Shown piece after piece: positions 11,053 to 22,001 of a stretch of 64,000 nucleotides of DNA (its first letter is position 1; the number at the start of each line of letters is the position of its first letter). Below the pieces are notes generated by a model. That model was not told the DNA's origin and did no database searches. It saw only the letters and a list, made by a program, of their open reading frames with translations. The position numbers were made by a program, and so were the translations under genes. The DNA is from an uncultured delta proteobacterium (GTDB lineage Bacteria > Desulfobacterota > Syntrophia > Syntrophales > UBA5619): positions 1 through 64,000 of the forward strand of contig CAWFOM010000012.1 of the NCBI GenBank assembly GCA_963817385.1, read 5' to 3'.

Positions 11053-11832
11053 ATGGAAATCAGGGTACTGGGCTGCCACGGTTCGCAACTCCCCGGGTAT
11101 GGCCTTACAGGATTTCTGCTTGACTCAACAACCCTGCTTGATGCCGGTGCGGTGACGTCCGTTCTGACGCTGGAGGAACAGGTCCGGGTCGATCATATTC
11201 TGATCACGCACGCTCATCTGGATCATATCCGGGAGCTCACCTCCCTGGCGGACAACCTCTGCTATTCCAAGAGGGATTATCCCCTGACGGTCGTCGGTAC
11301 GCCGCAGGTGATAGAGTCTCTCAAGGCGCACATATTCAACGGAGCCATCTGGCCCGATTTTTCCCTGATCCCCAGTGCAGCGAGGCCCGTTATCAGGTTC
11401 ATGACCATCCAGATGGGAGAAAGGGTAGACCTTGGCCATCTGAACGTCACAGCCATTCCGGTTCATCATACCGTAGAGACCGTTGCTTATGTGGTTGAAG
11501 CCGAAACGGACGGACGCCCGACGTCCGCCATTTTTATCGGCGATACCGGCCCCACCGAAGAGATCTGGCGGGTAGCTGGGCGAGGCCAGAATATCCGCGC
11601 CATATTTGTGGAGACTTCCCTGCCGGAAGAGATGATAGACCTTGCCAAGCTGACCGGCCATCTGACTCCGGCCGGCCTCGCACGTGAATTGAAGAAGCTG
11701 GACGCTTACCATCCGCAGATTTATCTGTATCACCTGAAGATCCAGTATCATCGAGAGATTCAGCGAGAGATCGCCCTGCTGGGGAATGGCAACGTCAGCG
11801 TGCTTCAAGATGGGCAGGTGATACGGATCTGA
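11053..11832 (+). CDS. Class II cyclic-nucleotide phosphodiesterase, MBL fold
   Basis: VLGC.GS, LLDAG, THAHLDH, FN..IWPDF, GDTGP, GHLTP motifs. Confidence 0.85.
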   Translation: MEIRVLGCHGSQLPGYGLTGFLLDSTTLLDAGAVTSVLTLEEQVRVDHILITHAHLDHIRELTSLADNLCYSKRDYPLTVVGTPQVIESLKAHIFNGAIWPDFSLIPSAARPVIRFMTIQMGERVDLGHLNVTAIPVHHTVETVAYVVEAETDGRPTSAIFIGDTGPTEEIWRVAGRGQNIRAIFVETSLPEEMIDLAKLTGHLTPAGLARELKKLDAYHPQIYLYHLKIQYHREIQREIALLGNGNVSVLQDGQVIRI

Positions 11833-11866
11833 ACCTCATCATGACCCTCACGGTAATCTGATTTTT

Positions 11867-13144
11867 ATGAACCCATCATCCCAGGATACGCTCGCATATC
11901 TCTCCAGCCTGAACAAAATGGGCATCCGTTTCGGGCTGGATCCGATCCGCTCCCTGCTTGAGCGGCTTCACAATCCCCAGAGCGGCTATCCATCCGTCCT
12001 GATTGCGGGGACGAACGGCAAAGGGTCGGTGGCGGCGATGACGGCCTCGATCCTTGCCGCCGGCGGATTCAAAACCGGGCTTTACACCTCTCCGGATCTG
12101 ATCGATTTCCGGGAACGGATCCGGGTCAATGGTGGAATGATAAGCTATGAAGAGGCGGCAATCTGTGCAGAACGGGTGAAAGGAAAGATTATCGATGAGG
12201 TAAGCTATTTTGAATTCCTGACGGCGATGGCGTTCTTCCATTTTCACCGGCAGCACGTGGATATCGCCATTTTGGAGATCGGGATGGGCGGCAGGCTGGA
12301 TGCCACCAATGTCGTGACTCCGCTCATTTCGGTCATCACCAATATCTCCCTCGAACACCGGGAGTATCTCGGCAACACCCTGGAGAAGATTACCCGGGAA
12401 AAGGGGGGAATTATCAAAGAAGGGGGGACCTGCCTCACCGCGGCACGACAGAAACGGGTCGTCGCGACTCTGGAGGAGATCTGCCGGGAAAAAAGGGCGA
12501 CGCTCTACCGGGTGGGGAAGCAGATCCGCACAACAATACACCGGGATGGAACATTTTCCTACCACGGCATCGGACGACGGTATGAGAGACTCATCTGCCC
12601 GCTCGCGGGGAGACACCAGTTCTCCAATGCCGCCCTCGCCCTGGGCGCAGTTGAGATGCTTGCGTCGACAGGATTTCCGGTGGATGAGCATGTCGTCGCC
12701 GAAGGTCTGCGAAAGACCCGCTGGGAGGGAAGGCTCGAAATCCTCCGGCGTGCGCCGATGCTGCTTGTCGATGGCGCCCATAATCCGGCCGGGGCGGAGA
12801 CCCTCCGCCGGGCATTGAAAACCGGTTTTCCCCGCCGCCGGCTTATCCTGATCTTCGGTGTCCTGGGGGACAAGGATTACCCGGCCATGGCGAAACGGCT
12901 TCTTCCCCTGGCCGACAGGGTTATCCTTACCCGTCCGAACAGTGAGCGGAGTCTTTCTCCGGATCTCCTGCTGCCGGTGGCCAGGATGTACCATCCGGCG
13001 GTTGAACGGATCGACAATCCTGCTGACGCCCTGAGATCCGCCCTCTCTCAGGCCGGGGAGAATGACCTCATCTGTGTGGCCGGCTCCCTTTATCTCGTGG
13101 GAGAAATCAAAAAAATCCATCAGACCGGGGGGACGGTCGGATGA
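11867..13144 (+). CDS. folC: Folylpolyglutamate/dihydrofolate synthase
   Basis: AGTNGKGS, GGRLDATN, W.GRLE, DGAHNP, GSLYLVG. Confidence 0.96.
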   Translation: MNPSSQDTLAYLSSLNKMGIRFGLDPIRSLLERLHNPQSGYPSVLIAGTNGKGSVAAMTASILAAGGFKTGLYTSPDLIDFRERIRVNGGMISYEEAAICAERVKGKIIDEVSYFEFLTAMAFFHFHRQHVDIAILEIGMGGRLDATNVVTPLISVITNISLEHREYLGNTLEKITREKGGIIKEGGTCLTAARQKRVVATLEEICREKRATLYRVGKQIRTTIHRDGTFSYHGIGRRYERLICPLAGRHQFSNAALALGAVEMLASTGFPVDEHVVAEGLRKTRWEGRLEILRRAPMLLVDGAHNPAGAETLRRALKTGFPRRRLILIFGVLGDKDYPAMAKRLLPLADRVILTRPNSERSLSPDLLLPVARMYHPAVERIDNPADALRSALSQAGENDLICVAGSLYLVGEIKKIHQTGGTVG

Positions 13145-15351
13145 AATCTCCGCGGAGCGTGTGCAATGAGAGGTGCAGGGCCGTACTGAAAGGGAAGGAA
13201 GTGTGCTGCGCGGCACTCGTGCTGTTTTTTCTTCTGACAGCAGTTCCCGACCTTTGGGCGCTGGAGAAGGATCTCCCCGAGGGGCCGGTCACCATCGAGG
13301 CGGACAGCATCGCCTATGAAGGTGATGAAGACACCTTTCATGCGGTGGGGAAGGTCCTGATCACCTTCTCCGGGGGATTCCTGAAGGCTGACGTGGTGAA
13401 CCTGAATCGAAGCACGAACATGGCCCTCGCCGAGGGTCATGTATTCATCCGGAGCGATCAGGATGTCCTCGAAGGCGAAAAGGTTACGTTTGACATCGTT
13501 GCCAAGACCGGAACGATAAACGACGGGCGGATGTTCATTGCCCGGAACCATTTTTACGTCAAAGGGGAGAAGATCGAAAAGAAGGGAGAGGCGGTGTACC
13601 GCCTCGAAAACGCCACGGTAACCACCTGCGACGGGGAGACGCCCGACTGGCGTTTGGCGGGCAGCGAGCTTGATCTGACTGTCGATGGCTATGGTACCTT
13701 GAAGCATGGCCGCTTTCTTGCCCGGGATATCCCCCTCTTTTACGTACCGTATCTCATCTTCCCGGCGAAAACGACCCGGCAGTCCGGCTTCCTTTTTCCG
13801 CGCTTTTCCTACTCCCGGGACAAGAACGGCCTGGATGTGGAATTGCCCTTCTACTGGGCCATCTCGGGAAGCGCCGACGCAACCTTCTCTCAGCGCTACT
13901 TGGAGAAGCGCGGCTTCAAGGAGGGCGTGGAGTTCCGGTACTTCCCCACCCCGGAGACATTCGGCACCTTTTATGGTGATTTCATCAATGACCGTAAGCA
14001 TATCACGGAAACCGCCGGAACGATGAGCCGTGACTGGCAGGATGATCGGAATCGCTGGTCCTATTATCTCAACCACGAATCGACCTTCACCTCCGGTTTC
14101 TCCATCCGGAGCGATATCCGACGGGTCTCGGATCACTGGTACTTCCGGGATTTTTCCTCCTACAACTATTACCTGGATCACTATTTACAGACCGGCGAGG
14201 AGCGATTTCAGCGCGTCTCATTCAGGGGAGATGAATCCCTCGGGTCGCTGGATTCCGCCGTCCGACTCACCAAGGACTGGTCCCTCTACAACCTGACGGC
14301 CCTGGCCCGCTACACCGATGACTTCTCTACGGCCAGCAATGATGCGACGCTCCAGAAGTATCCGGAGGTGACCCTGACGGGGTTCCGTCGGCCTCTTGCG
14401 GGGAGTCCTCTGCAGTTAGAGTTCACGGCAGGATATGACTATTTTTACCGCGGGGAGGGCCAGAAGGGTCATCTCGGGGAGATAGCCCCGACCGTCTACC
14501 TGCCGATGAACCTGGGTCCCTACGTGCAGATGACGCCTCAGGCCGGATTCCGGGGGAGCATCTGGGAGCGGTCCGATTCCGCGACGGACCGGGAGAGGAA
14601 GTACGGCGACCGGGAGGTCTTCCAGCTTGGCGCTGCGCTCTCGACAGAGATCAACAGGGTTTACGATTTCGGTGGCGGTGGGGTGGAAAAGATCCGGCAC
14701 GGGATCAAGCCGGAGATAACCTACTCCTTCATTCCCAATGCCTTGCAGGACAACATCCCCGATTACCTCGCAACAATTCCGGGCCAGCACAGCCTTAGCT
14801 ATGCCCTCATCAATACGGTTCTTGCCCGGACGCGAGGGAAGGATGGGAAGGTCGGCTATCGTGAGATGATGCGTTTGAAGCTGGCCCAGACCTTCGACAT
14901 CCTGGAGAGCAGGCGGGATGTGGCGGGTACAGGCAGTGACAATCGCCCCTTCGGTGACGTTACGGTGGAGCTGGATCTGTCGCCGTTCCCGTATCTCGCC
15001 CTGTCGGCGCGAAACATTTACAGCGTGAATTCGGGCGACTGGAAACAGAGCAATTATGATCTGGCCGTCTCGGACACCCGTGGTGATTCGGCCGCCGTCG
15101 GGTATCGTTATACGCGCGACGCCCTGGAGGAGATCAATCTTCTCCTGAAGGCGTCCGTGACATCATCCCTTGACGCAATCTACATCCTGAGGCACAATAT
15201 CAAGGACGGCAAGACGATCGAATCGACCTATGGCGTCAAATACCGCAAGCAGTGCTGGTATGTGGAAATCGATCTCTCCGATCGGGAGGATGACCGGACG
15301 ATCATGTTCTACGTTTCGCTCTTGGGGATGGGAACGGGGGGGATGCGATAG
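13141..15351 (+). CDS. lptD: LPS-assembly protein LptD
   Basis: Signal-like N-terminus, IEAD..Y, TTC...PDW, RQSGFL.P, aromatic-rich beta-barrel, C-terminal QCW. Confidence 0.9.
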   Translation: MKSPRSVCNERCRAVLKGKEVCCAALVLFFLLTAVPDLWALEKDLPEGPVTIEADSIAYEGDEDTFHAVGKVLITFSGGFLKADVVNLNRSTNMALAEGHVFIRSDQDVLEGEKVTFDIVAKTGTINDGRMFIARNHFYVKGEKIEKKGEAVYRLENATVTTCDGETPDWRLAGSELDLTVDGYGTLKHGRFLARDIPLFYVPYLIFPAKTTRQSGFLFPRFSYSRDKNGLDVELPFYWAISGSADATFSQRYLEKRGFKEGVEFRYFPTPETFGTFYGDFINDRKHITETAGTMSRDWQDDRNRWSYYLNHESTFTSGFSIRSDIRRVSDHWYFRDFSSYNYYLDHYLQTGEERFQRVSFRGDESLGSLDSAVRLTKDWSLYNLTALARYTDDFSTASNDATLQKYPEVTLTGFRRPLAGSPLQLEFTAGYDYFYRGEGQKGHLGEIAPTVYLPMNLGPYVQMTPQAGFRGSIWERSDSATDRERKYGDREVFQLGAALSTEINRVYDFGGGGVEKIRHGIKPEITYSFIPNALQDNIPDYLATIPGQHSLSYALINTVLARTRGKDGKVGYREMMRLKLAQTFDILESRRDVAGTGSDNRPFGDVTVELDLSPFPYLALSARNIYSVNSGDWKQSNYDLAVSDTRGDSAAVGYRYTRDALEEINLLLKASVTSSLDAIYILRHNIKDGKTIESTYGVKYRKQCWYVEIDLSDREDDRTIMFYVSLLGMGTGGMR

Positions 15352-15400
15352 GCCCCGCGGAGAGGGGCACCCTTTTTTGATTTTTCTTGCAGGTTTTTCC

Positions 15401-15430
15401 TTGACAAATCCGGTAAATTTGCATATCAAT
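15401..15430 (+). promoter_or_regulatory. Putative sigma70 promoter of rplM-rpsI
   Basis: TTGACA-N17-TATCAA; the -10 is imperfect. Confidence 0.5.
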
Positions 15431-15463
15431 TCAGATTCAAATTCTTGAACGCTTGGTGAGCTT

Positions 15464-15892
15464 ATGAAGACGTATCATGCAAAGAAGGAAGACGTTATTC
15501 GTGACTGGTATCTGGTGGATGCCGAGGACAAGATCCTCGGCAGGCTTGCATGCGAGATTGCCCACCGGCTGCGGGGCAAGCACAAGGCCATTTACGCACC
15601 CTATATGGATACGGGCGATTTTGTGATTGTGGTCAATGCCGGGAAGATCAGCCTCACCGGCAAAAAACTGACGGACAAGGTCTATTATCACCATTCGGGC
15701 TATCCGGGAGGGATCAAGGCCATTACGGCGGGGAAGCTGCTTAAGGAGAAACCGGAAGAGGTGCTGCGGACAGCCGTAAAGGGCATGCTTCCGAAGAACA
15801 CGCTGGGAAGGGCCATGTTGAAAAAGCTCAAGATTTACGCAGGCGGCGACCATCCACATGAAGCTCAGTGTCCCCGCATTCTTGACTTATAA
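15464..15892 (+). CDS. rplM: 50S ribosomal protein L13
   Basis: W.LVDA....[30 protein letters not shown]. Confidence 0.99.
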   Translation: MKTYHAKKEDVIRDWYLVDAEDKILGRLACEIAHRLRGKHKAIYAPYMDTGDFVIVVNAGKISLTGKKLTDKVYYHHSGYPGGIKAITAGKLLKEKPEEVLRTAVKGMLPKNTLGRAMLKKLKIYAGGDHPHEAQCPRILDL

Positions 15893-15948
15893 TTATTCAT
15901 GATTCGGGGGATTGATATCGGGTCGGTGAACGCGACGGGGAGAGGAAT

Positions 15949-16341
15949 ATGACGGAAAAACGGTTTTATGCGACGGGAAAGAGGAAGAGCGCCATTGCCA
16001 GGGTCTATATGAAGGAAGGCACCGGCGTCCTGCAGGTGAACAAGAGGACCTTCGACGACTATTTTACCCGGGACAGCCTGAAGATGCTCATCCAGCAGCC
16101 TCTGGAGATGACGGGGAAACGGGGGCTGTTCGATTTTACGATCAACGTTGAGGGGGGCGGCATCGCCGGTCAGGCGGGCGCCATCAAGCACGGCATCTCC
16201 AAGGTCCTGGTGGAATACGACGAGGAACTGAGATCGGCGCTGAAAAAGGCGGGTTTTCTGACACGGGATTCACGGATCAAGGAACGGAAGAAATACGGGC
16301 AGCCCGGGGCCAGAAAACGGTTCCAGTTCTCAAAGAGATAA
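15949..16341 (+). CDS. rpsI: 30S ribosomal protein S9
   Basis: [36 protein letters not shown]. Confidence 0.99.
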   Translation: MTEKRFYATGKRKSAIARVYMKEGTGVLQVNKRTFDDYFTRDSLKMLIQQPLEMTGKRGLFDFTINVEGGGIAGQAGAIKHGISKVLVEYDEELRSALKKAGFLTRDSRIKERKKYGQPGARKRFQFSKR

Positions 16342-16346
16342 TCACG

Positions 16347-16372
16347 GGGAGGCTGAGGCCTCCCTTTTTTTT
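16347..16372 (+). terminator. Intrinsic terminator after rpsI
   Basis: GGGAGGC-TGAG-GCCTCCC followed by T8. Confidence 0.85.
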
Positions 16373-16391
16373 GCAATGAAGGAGGCGTGAT

Positions 16392-17429
16392 GTGATCAGG
16401 GTCGGCATCTACGGGGGAAGCGGGTATACCGGACAGGAGCTCTTGCGATTGCTCATCGGCCATCCCGGCGCGAAGGTTGCGGCGGCCACCTCCCGGCGGT
16501 TCGCCGGGGTCCCGGTTGCCGAGGTCTATCCCGTTTTTTCCGGACTGACCGATCTGGTTTACACCGATACCTCTGCTGAAGAGATGGCCGGCCTTGCCGA
16601 TCTCATCTTTCTGGCCCTTCCGCATGGTGTTTCCATGGAGGTTGCGCCTTTTTTTGTCCGGGCCGGCAGGAAGGTCGTCGATCTCAGCGCGGATTTTCGG
16701 ATCCGCGATGCCGCCACTTACGAGGCGTGGTACCGGCCGCATACGGCCGTCGGGACGATCCGGGAGGCGGTCTACGGCCTGCCCGAGCTCTATCGGGACC
16801 AGATCCGCACAAGCCGGCTGGTCGCCAACCCCGGCTGTTATCCGACCAGCATCATTCTGGGGCTCGCCCCCGTCCTCAGGTCGCGCTGGATCGACGCGGA
16901 CTCCGTAATCGCCGACTCAAAATCGGGCGTCAGCGGGGCCGGCCGGGATCCCCAGATCACTTCCCTCTATTGCGAGGTGGCGGGGGGATTCAAGGCCTAC
17001 AAGGTCGGCCAGCACCGGCATACCCCGGAGATCGAACAGGAATTGAGCGCGCTTGCGGACCGGGAGATGAAGATCTCCTTCACCCCGCATTTGCTGCCGG
17101 TGAAGCGGGGGATCCTGAGCACGATCTATGCGAGGCTGGAGCGGGACGTGATCGGGGAGGAGGCGACGGCCCTGTATCGGGAGTTTTACCGGGACGAACC
17201 CTTTGTCCGGATCTGCCGGACCGGCCAGCTACCCGCGCTCTCATCCGTCGTCGGTTCGAACTACTGCGACATCGGCGTGACCGTTGATAAAAGAACCAGA
17301 CGGATCATCATCGTCTCGGTGATCGACAACCTGATCAAGGGCGCTTCCGGTCAGGCAATCCAGAACATGAATCTGATGTGCGGTCTCCCGGAAGAGACCG
17401 GGCTCCCCGCCATAGCCCTTTTCCCCTGA
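16392..17429 (+). CDS. argC: N-acetyl-gamma-glutamyl-phosphate reductase
   Basis: G.SGYTG, DLSADFR, ANPGCYPT, SGVSGAG, DNLIKGASGQA. Confidence 0.97.
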   Translation: MIRVGIYGGSGYTGQELLRLLIGHPGAKVAAATSRRFAGVPVAEVYPVFSGLTDLVYTDTSAEEMAGLADLIFLALPHGVSMEVAPFFVRAGRKVVDLSADFRIRDAATYEAWYRPHTAVGTIREAVYGLPELYRDQIRTSRLVANPGCYPTSIILGLAPVLRSRWIDADSVIADSKSGVSGAGRDPQITSLYCEVAGGFKAYKVGQHRHTPEIEQELSALADREMKISFTPHLLPVKRGILSTIYARLERDVIGEEATALYREFYRDEPFVRICRTGQLPALSSVVGSNYCDIGVTVDKRTRRIIIVSVIDNLIKGASGQAIQNMNLMCGLPEETGLPAIALFP

Positions 17430-17447
17430 TCTGCCCAAGGAGACGTT

Positions 17448-18908
17448 GTGAGAATATTCAACACCCAGACACGGAAAAAAGAGGACTTCACTCCCGTTCG
17501 CGAGGGGAAGGTCGGTATCTATGTGTGCGGGATAACCGCCTATGACGTCTGTCATGTGGGGCATGCCCGCTCGGCCGTGGTCTTCGATGTGATCACCCGG
17601 TATCTCAGGTACAGCGGCTATGAGGTGACCTATGTCAAGAACTTCACCGATGTCGACGACAAGATCATCGACAGGGCCCGCAGAGAGCAGCGGGGGATTG
17701 CGGAGATCGCCGAGAAATATATCCGGGCGCACGATGAGGATATGGATGCTCTCGGCGTGGCCAGGCCGACGGTGACCCCCCGGGCGACGGAGCATATCGA
17801 CGGGATGATCCGCATGGTAGAGACGCTGATCGGCAAAGGGCTGGCCTACGCCGTGGACGGGGATATCTACTATGCGGTGGAAAAATTTCCCGGTTACGGC
17901 AAGCTCTCCGGCCGGGCCCTCGAGGACATGATGGCCGGCGCCCGCGTCGATGTAAACGAAAAGAAGCGCAACCCCCTCGACTTTGCCCTCTGGAAGGCGA
18001 GTAAGGAAGGGGAACCCTGGTGGGACAGTCCCTGGGGGCATGGCAGACCCGGCTGGCATCTGGAGTGTTCCGTGATGAGCCAGCGGTATCTGGGGGACAC
18101 CTTCGATATCCATGGAGGCGGAGAGGATCTGATCTTCCCCCACCATGAAAACGAGATCGCTCAGTCGGAGGGCGCCACGGGCAAATCCCTTGCCCGCCTC
18201 TGGGTTCATAACGGCTTCGTCCGGGTGAACAGCGAGAAGATGTCAAAATCTCTCGGCAACTTTTTCACCATCCGGGATATCCTCAAGCAGTATGATGCCG
18301 AGGTCCTGAGGCTCTTCCTCTTGACGAGCCATTACCGGAGCCCCGTCGATTTTTCCGATGCAGCCCTGGCGGAGGCGAGACAGGGGATGGATCGGTTCTA
18401 TGCCACGCTCAAAATGCTCGGCGAACACCTGACCGGCGGACAGGATATCGGGGCGACCGATGAGCGCTCCCGGAAGGATCGCGAGATAACCGAACAGGTT
18501 CACACGCTCCGGGAGCGGTTCCGCGAGGCGATGGATGACGATTTCAACACCGCCCGGGCGATCGGTTTTCTCTTCGATACCATCCGCCTCCTCAACACCT
18601 CTCTGACGGGAAAGGGTGCGGAAGCATCGCCTGTTGTCCTTGAGCAGGCAGGTAGCGCTCTGAGGGAGATCGGAGCGGTCCTGGGCCTCTTCGGCGAGGA
18701 GCCCGACGTCTATCTGCATCGCGACCGCGAGCGGGAGGCGGCGAAGCGGGGGCTCTCCCCGACGGAAATCGAAACCCTGATTGCAGAACGGCGGGCCGCA
18801 CGCGACGCGAAGGAGTGGCAGCGGGCCGACGAGATCCGAGAAGGCTTGGCCGCTCAGGGGGTTATCCTCAAGGATACGCCGACCGCTACGACCTGGAAGA
18901 TCGCTTAG
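17448..18908 (+). CDS. cysS: Cysteinyl-tRNA synthetase
   Basis: [32 protein letters not shown]. Confidence 0.98.
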   Translation: MRIFNTQTRKKEDFTPVREGKVGIYVCGITAYDVCHVGHARSAVVFDVITRYLRYSGYEVTYVKNFTDVDDKIIDRARREQRGIAEIAEKYIRAHDEDMDALGVARPTVTPRATEHIDGMIRMVETLIGKGLAYAVDGDIYYAVEKFPGYGKLSGRALEDMMAGARVDVNEKKRNPLDFALWKASKEGEPWWDSPWGHGRPGWHLECSVMSQRYLGDTFDIHGGGEDLIFPHHENEIAQSEGATGKSLARLWVHNGFVRVNSEKMSKSLGNFFTIRDILKQYDAEVLRLFLLTSHYRSPVDFSDAALAEARQGMDRFYATLKMLGEHLTGGQDIGATDERSRKDREITEQVHTLRERFREAMDDDFNTARAIGFLFDTIRLLNTSLTGKGAEASPVVLEQAGSALREIGAVLGLFGEEPDVYLHRDREREAAKRGLSPTEIETLIAERRAARDAKEWQRADEIREGLAAQGVILKDTPTATTWKIA

Positions 18909-18961
18909 GCACTAGGTTGAAGAGGAAGGAGCCGTCCCTCCATAACTGCCATGAGACCTTT

Positions 18962-19555
18962 ATGAACGCCGAATCGATCAGGATTCCTTCCGAAGAAAAG
19001 TGCAGAAGGATTGTGGCCGATCTGGGCATGCTGGAAAACATTGTGGCCCATTGCCGACAGGTTTGCCGGGTTTCCCTGCTTTTGACCGACCATCTCGGCC
19101 TTCCTTCGCTCAACCGGGATCTGATCCGGGCCGCGGCATTCCTCCACGATATCACGAAGACCCGGAGTTTCCTGACCCGCGAAGACCATGCCGAAACGGG
19201 GGCGCGCCTGCTTCACGATCTCGGCTACCCGGAGGTGGCCGATATCGTCGGCCAGCACGTCCGTCTGGACCGCTATTTCGCCTCCAAGAGCACGACCGAG
19301 GCGGAGATCGTCAACTATGCCGACAAACGGGTTCTTCACGACAGGATCGTGCCCTTGAGCGAGCGGATGGGGTACATCCTGGAGAAATACGGCAGCGCCC
19401 CGGAGCGAAGGCGGGATATCCTTCTACTCTGGGAGAAGACGGAGCGATTGGAAGAGCGGCTTTTCGAAGGTCTGCCCTTTGCGCCGGGCGACATCAACCG
19501 TCTGCTTGAAGAGGCTCCTCCCGGCCGTTGTCGGGATGCTGCTCAGCGTCCGTGA
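18962..19555 (+). CDS. HD-domain protein
   Basis: H...V, A.LHDI.K, HA..G, HV, YADKRV; start approximate. Confidence 0.85.
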   Translation: MNAESIRIPSEEKCRRIVADLGMLENIVAHCRQVCRVSLLLTDHLGLPSLNRDLIRAAAFLHDITKTRSFLTREDHAETGARLLHDLGYPEVADIVGQHVRLDRYFASKSTTEAEIVNYADKRVLHDRIVPLSERMGYILEKYGSAPERRRDILLLWEKTERLEERLFEGLPFAPGDINRLLEEAPPGRCRDAAQRP

Positions 19556-21023
19556 TCGGGTGGTATTTCTTCTCCAGCCTCAGTATCCGATCGATGCAGG
19601 GGATCATCTCCTCTTCGTGGTGCGTGATGTAGATGAGTCCGGTTGCCGTCTGCTCCCCGATCCCTTCCATCAGCGCCAGGACCTTTTCCCGGTTCGGGCG
19701 GTCCAGACCCTGGCACGGTTCGTCCAGGATCAGGAGCTCCGGCGATTTGACCATCGCCCGGGCAATGAGCGACAGTCGCTTTTCCCCATAGGAGAGGCGG
19801 GTGAACATCCGATCCGCACGGTCTGCCATGCCTAGGATCTCCAGCCAGCGGTCTGCGACGGCCTCCTGCTTCCGGTCGGCCCGCCGGTAGAGTCCGATCG
19901 AGTCGAAAAAGCCCGAGAGAACCACCTCCCGGACCGAGATAGGCTTGCGGTACCGAAGCTGCAACTCGGGGGAGACGACGCCGATCCTCCGCCGGATGTC
20001 CCAGATGCTCTCCCCCTCGCCCCTCCTCTTGCCGAAGAGGAACACCTCGTTGGCGTAGACCTGAAGGTTGTCTCCCGTGATCAGGCTCAGCAGGGTCGAT
20101 TTCCCCGATCCGTTCGGCCCGACGACCGCCCACTGCTCCCCGCGCCGGACGGTCCAGTTCAGGTTGTCGAAGACGACGTAGTTGCCGAAGGCGATATGGA
20201 TGTTTCTCATCTCCACGAGGGGTTCGCCCGCAAGACGGGGCGCTTCCCCTGCCTCCGTGAGCGGCAGGCGGATCTCCGGGAGCGATTTCAACATCTGGGC
20301 GAACCCTTTTCCCGCAATCCGCCGCATCCGCGCGGGGGTCAGGACCTCCTCCCTCGTTCCGGTGAGGGCGACGCGGCCGCTGCGGATCAGGAGCACGTGC
20401 GTAATCCCCGGGATCACCTCCTCGGGTCGCTGGGTGACGAGGAGGATCTGCGTCCCCTTCTGCATGAGTTTGGTGATGGCCTCGGCCAGGGCGGGGCGGC
20501 TGCCGGCGTCCAGACCGGCGAAGGGGTCATCCAGGATCAGGAGCTTCGGCGCGGGGAGGAGCGCGCGGGCGATCAGGAGCTTCCGAAATTCGCCGTTGGA
20601 GAGGGAGCGGATGCCGTGGCCGAGCAGGGGGTGCAACTCCAAAAGATCGGTAAGACGTTCCAGGGCGGCCGGGTCCGCATCCTTCGCCCGGAGCAGCTCG
20701 CGGGCGGTAAGTTCATGGCCCCTGCCGCTGAATGAGCGCTCCTCATCGCGAAACTCTTCGCGGGTCAGGATCTCTTCGATAAGCTCGAAGGAGACATAGC
20801 CGATTCGCCTCCCCTCTACCTCCGGATTGTGACGGATCATCCGCCCCCGGACATGGGGGATCTCCCCCTTGATGGCCCGGGCAAGGGCCGATTTCCCGGA
20901 GGCGTTCGGTCCCAGGATCGCCCAGTTCTCCCCGCTCTTGATCTCCCAGGAGGTCCCGGCGAGGAGCATGGTATTCCCGATGCGGAGCGTGACGCGCTCC
21001 AGCGTGATGAGCGGTTCGTTCGT
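19494..21023 (-). CDS. Duplicated-domain ABC ATPase, ModF-like
   Basis: Two NBDs (GPNASGKS..LSNGE..LILDDP; GPNGSGKS..LSYGE..LILDEP); RBS points to an ACG codon at 21023 (see findings). Confidence 0.85.
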   Translation of the reverse strand, partial: TNEPLITLERVTLRIGNTMLLAGTSWEIKSGENWAILGPNASGKSALARAIKGEIPHVRGRMIRHNPEVEGRRIGYVSFELIEEILTREEFRDEERSFSGRGHELTARELLRAKDADPAALERLTDLLELHPLLGHGIRSLSNGEFRKLLIARALLPAPKLLILDDPFAGLDAGSRPALAEAITKLMQKGTQILLVTQRPEEVIPGITHVLLIRSGRVALTGTREEVLTPARMRRIAGKGFAQMLKSLPEIRLPLTEAGEAPRLAGEPLVEMRNIHIAFGNYVVFDNLNWTVRRGEQWAVVGPNGSGKSTLLSLITGDNLQVYANEVFLFGKRRGEGESIWDIRRRIGVVSPELQLRYRKPISVREVVLSGFFDSIGLYRRADRKQEAVADRWLEILGMADRADRMFTRLSYGEKRLSLIARAMVKSPELLILDEPCQGLDRPNREKVLALMEGIGEQTATGLIYITHHEEEMIPCIDRILRLEKKYHPITDAEQHPDNGREEPLQADG

Positions 21024-21089
21024 GTTGTAATCCTCCCGTGTTTCTGATAGTGTGCATCCCCGACCATCCGGTCGCGACGAGACGCGCCT

Positions 21090-22001
21090 ATGGATAGCAG
21101 AAATCGAAAAAAAAGCCACCCTTTTCCGCATGAACTTTCCGGCTGCATCGATGTCCTGGGAAACGACGCGTTCCCCGTCTACCTTGTCCGCGGCGATAGC
21201 GGCTCAGCCTTGATCGAAGCGGGGATCTCGGCGACGGCGGGTGAAGCCATGAACCAGCTCGGATTCCTGGAGGTGGAACCGGATTTCGTGGTGATCACGC
21301 ACCCCCATGGCGATCATCTGACCGGCCTCGACACGATCCGGAAGCGGTTTCCCGCCATTCGCGTCATTGCTGGTGAAGGGGCGGCGGCGTTTCTTTCCCA
21401 CCCGCGGGCGGCCGAGGTGCTCTTGGCCGAAGACCGCCACCTCGAGGCCGCTCTTCGTGCGAAGGGGTATCCTGCCGTATCGCCGGCGGTATCGCAGGTG
21501 CCGCTCCTGGCCGACGGGATGATCCGCGGCGACGGGGATGAGCTCGATCTGGGCGGTGTGACGCTCCGCTTTCTCGAGGTCCGGGGGCATGCCCCGGGGA
21601 ATTTGGCCGTCTTCATCCCCGCGGCGCAGGCCCTCCTGGCGTCCGACTGTCTCGGTTTCCATTATCCCGCCGGACGGTTCTTTCCCCTTTTTTTCACCGG
21701 GTACGCGGAGTATATGACCACCCTGGACCGACTCGCGTCTCTACGGCCGGCGATCCTCGGTCTTGGGCACCACGGGGTTATGAGGGGGGCGGAGGCGTGT
21801 GCGGCCTTTGCCCTGGCGCGACGGTGCGCGTCCGGCTTACGGGAGCGGCTCCGGAGCGGGCCGGGGGAGGGCGAGGGCAGGGTCGCCGAGATCTTTGCCG
21901 AGTTCTACCGGGATGAACTGGCCCTGTACAGCAGGGAGAATATCATGAACTGCTGCCGTCTGCTTGTCAGGCGGAGCCGTGAGGAGGTTGGAGCATGCTG
22001 A
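21090..22001 (+). CDS. MBL-fold metallo-hydrolase
   Basis: THPHGDH, GHAPG, SD, GH motifs. Confidence 0.85.
   Translation: MDSRNRKKSHPFPHELSGCIDVLGNDAFPVYLVRGDSGSALIEAGISATAGEAMNQLGFLEVEPDFVVITHPHGDHLTGLDTIRKRFPAIRVIAGEGAAAFLSHPRAAEVLLAEDRHLEAALRAKGYPAVSPAVSQVPLLADGMIRGDGDELDLGGVTLRFLEVRGHAPGNLAVFIPAAQALLASDCLGFHYPAGRFFPLFFTGYAEYMTTLDRLASLRPAILGLGHHGVMRGAEACAAFALARRCASGLRERLRSGPGEGEGRVAEIFAEFYRDELALYSRENIMNCCRLLVRRSREEVGAC

Noticed and set aside
11876..13216. Long antisense ORFs (also 5182-6261, 22891-24213, 25742-26875, 41221-42306, 57016-58281, 62242-63624)
   Set aside because: Shadow frames of well-supported genes in GC-rich DNA, with no motifs or RBS
19494..19555. 62-nt convergent overlap of the HD gene and the ModF-like gene
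   Set aside because: Both tails are non-conserved-looking extensions; ordinary stop-codon drift
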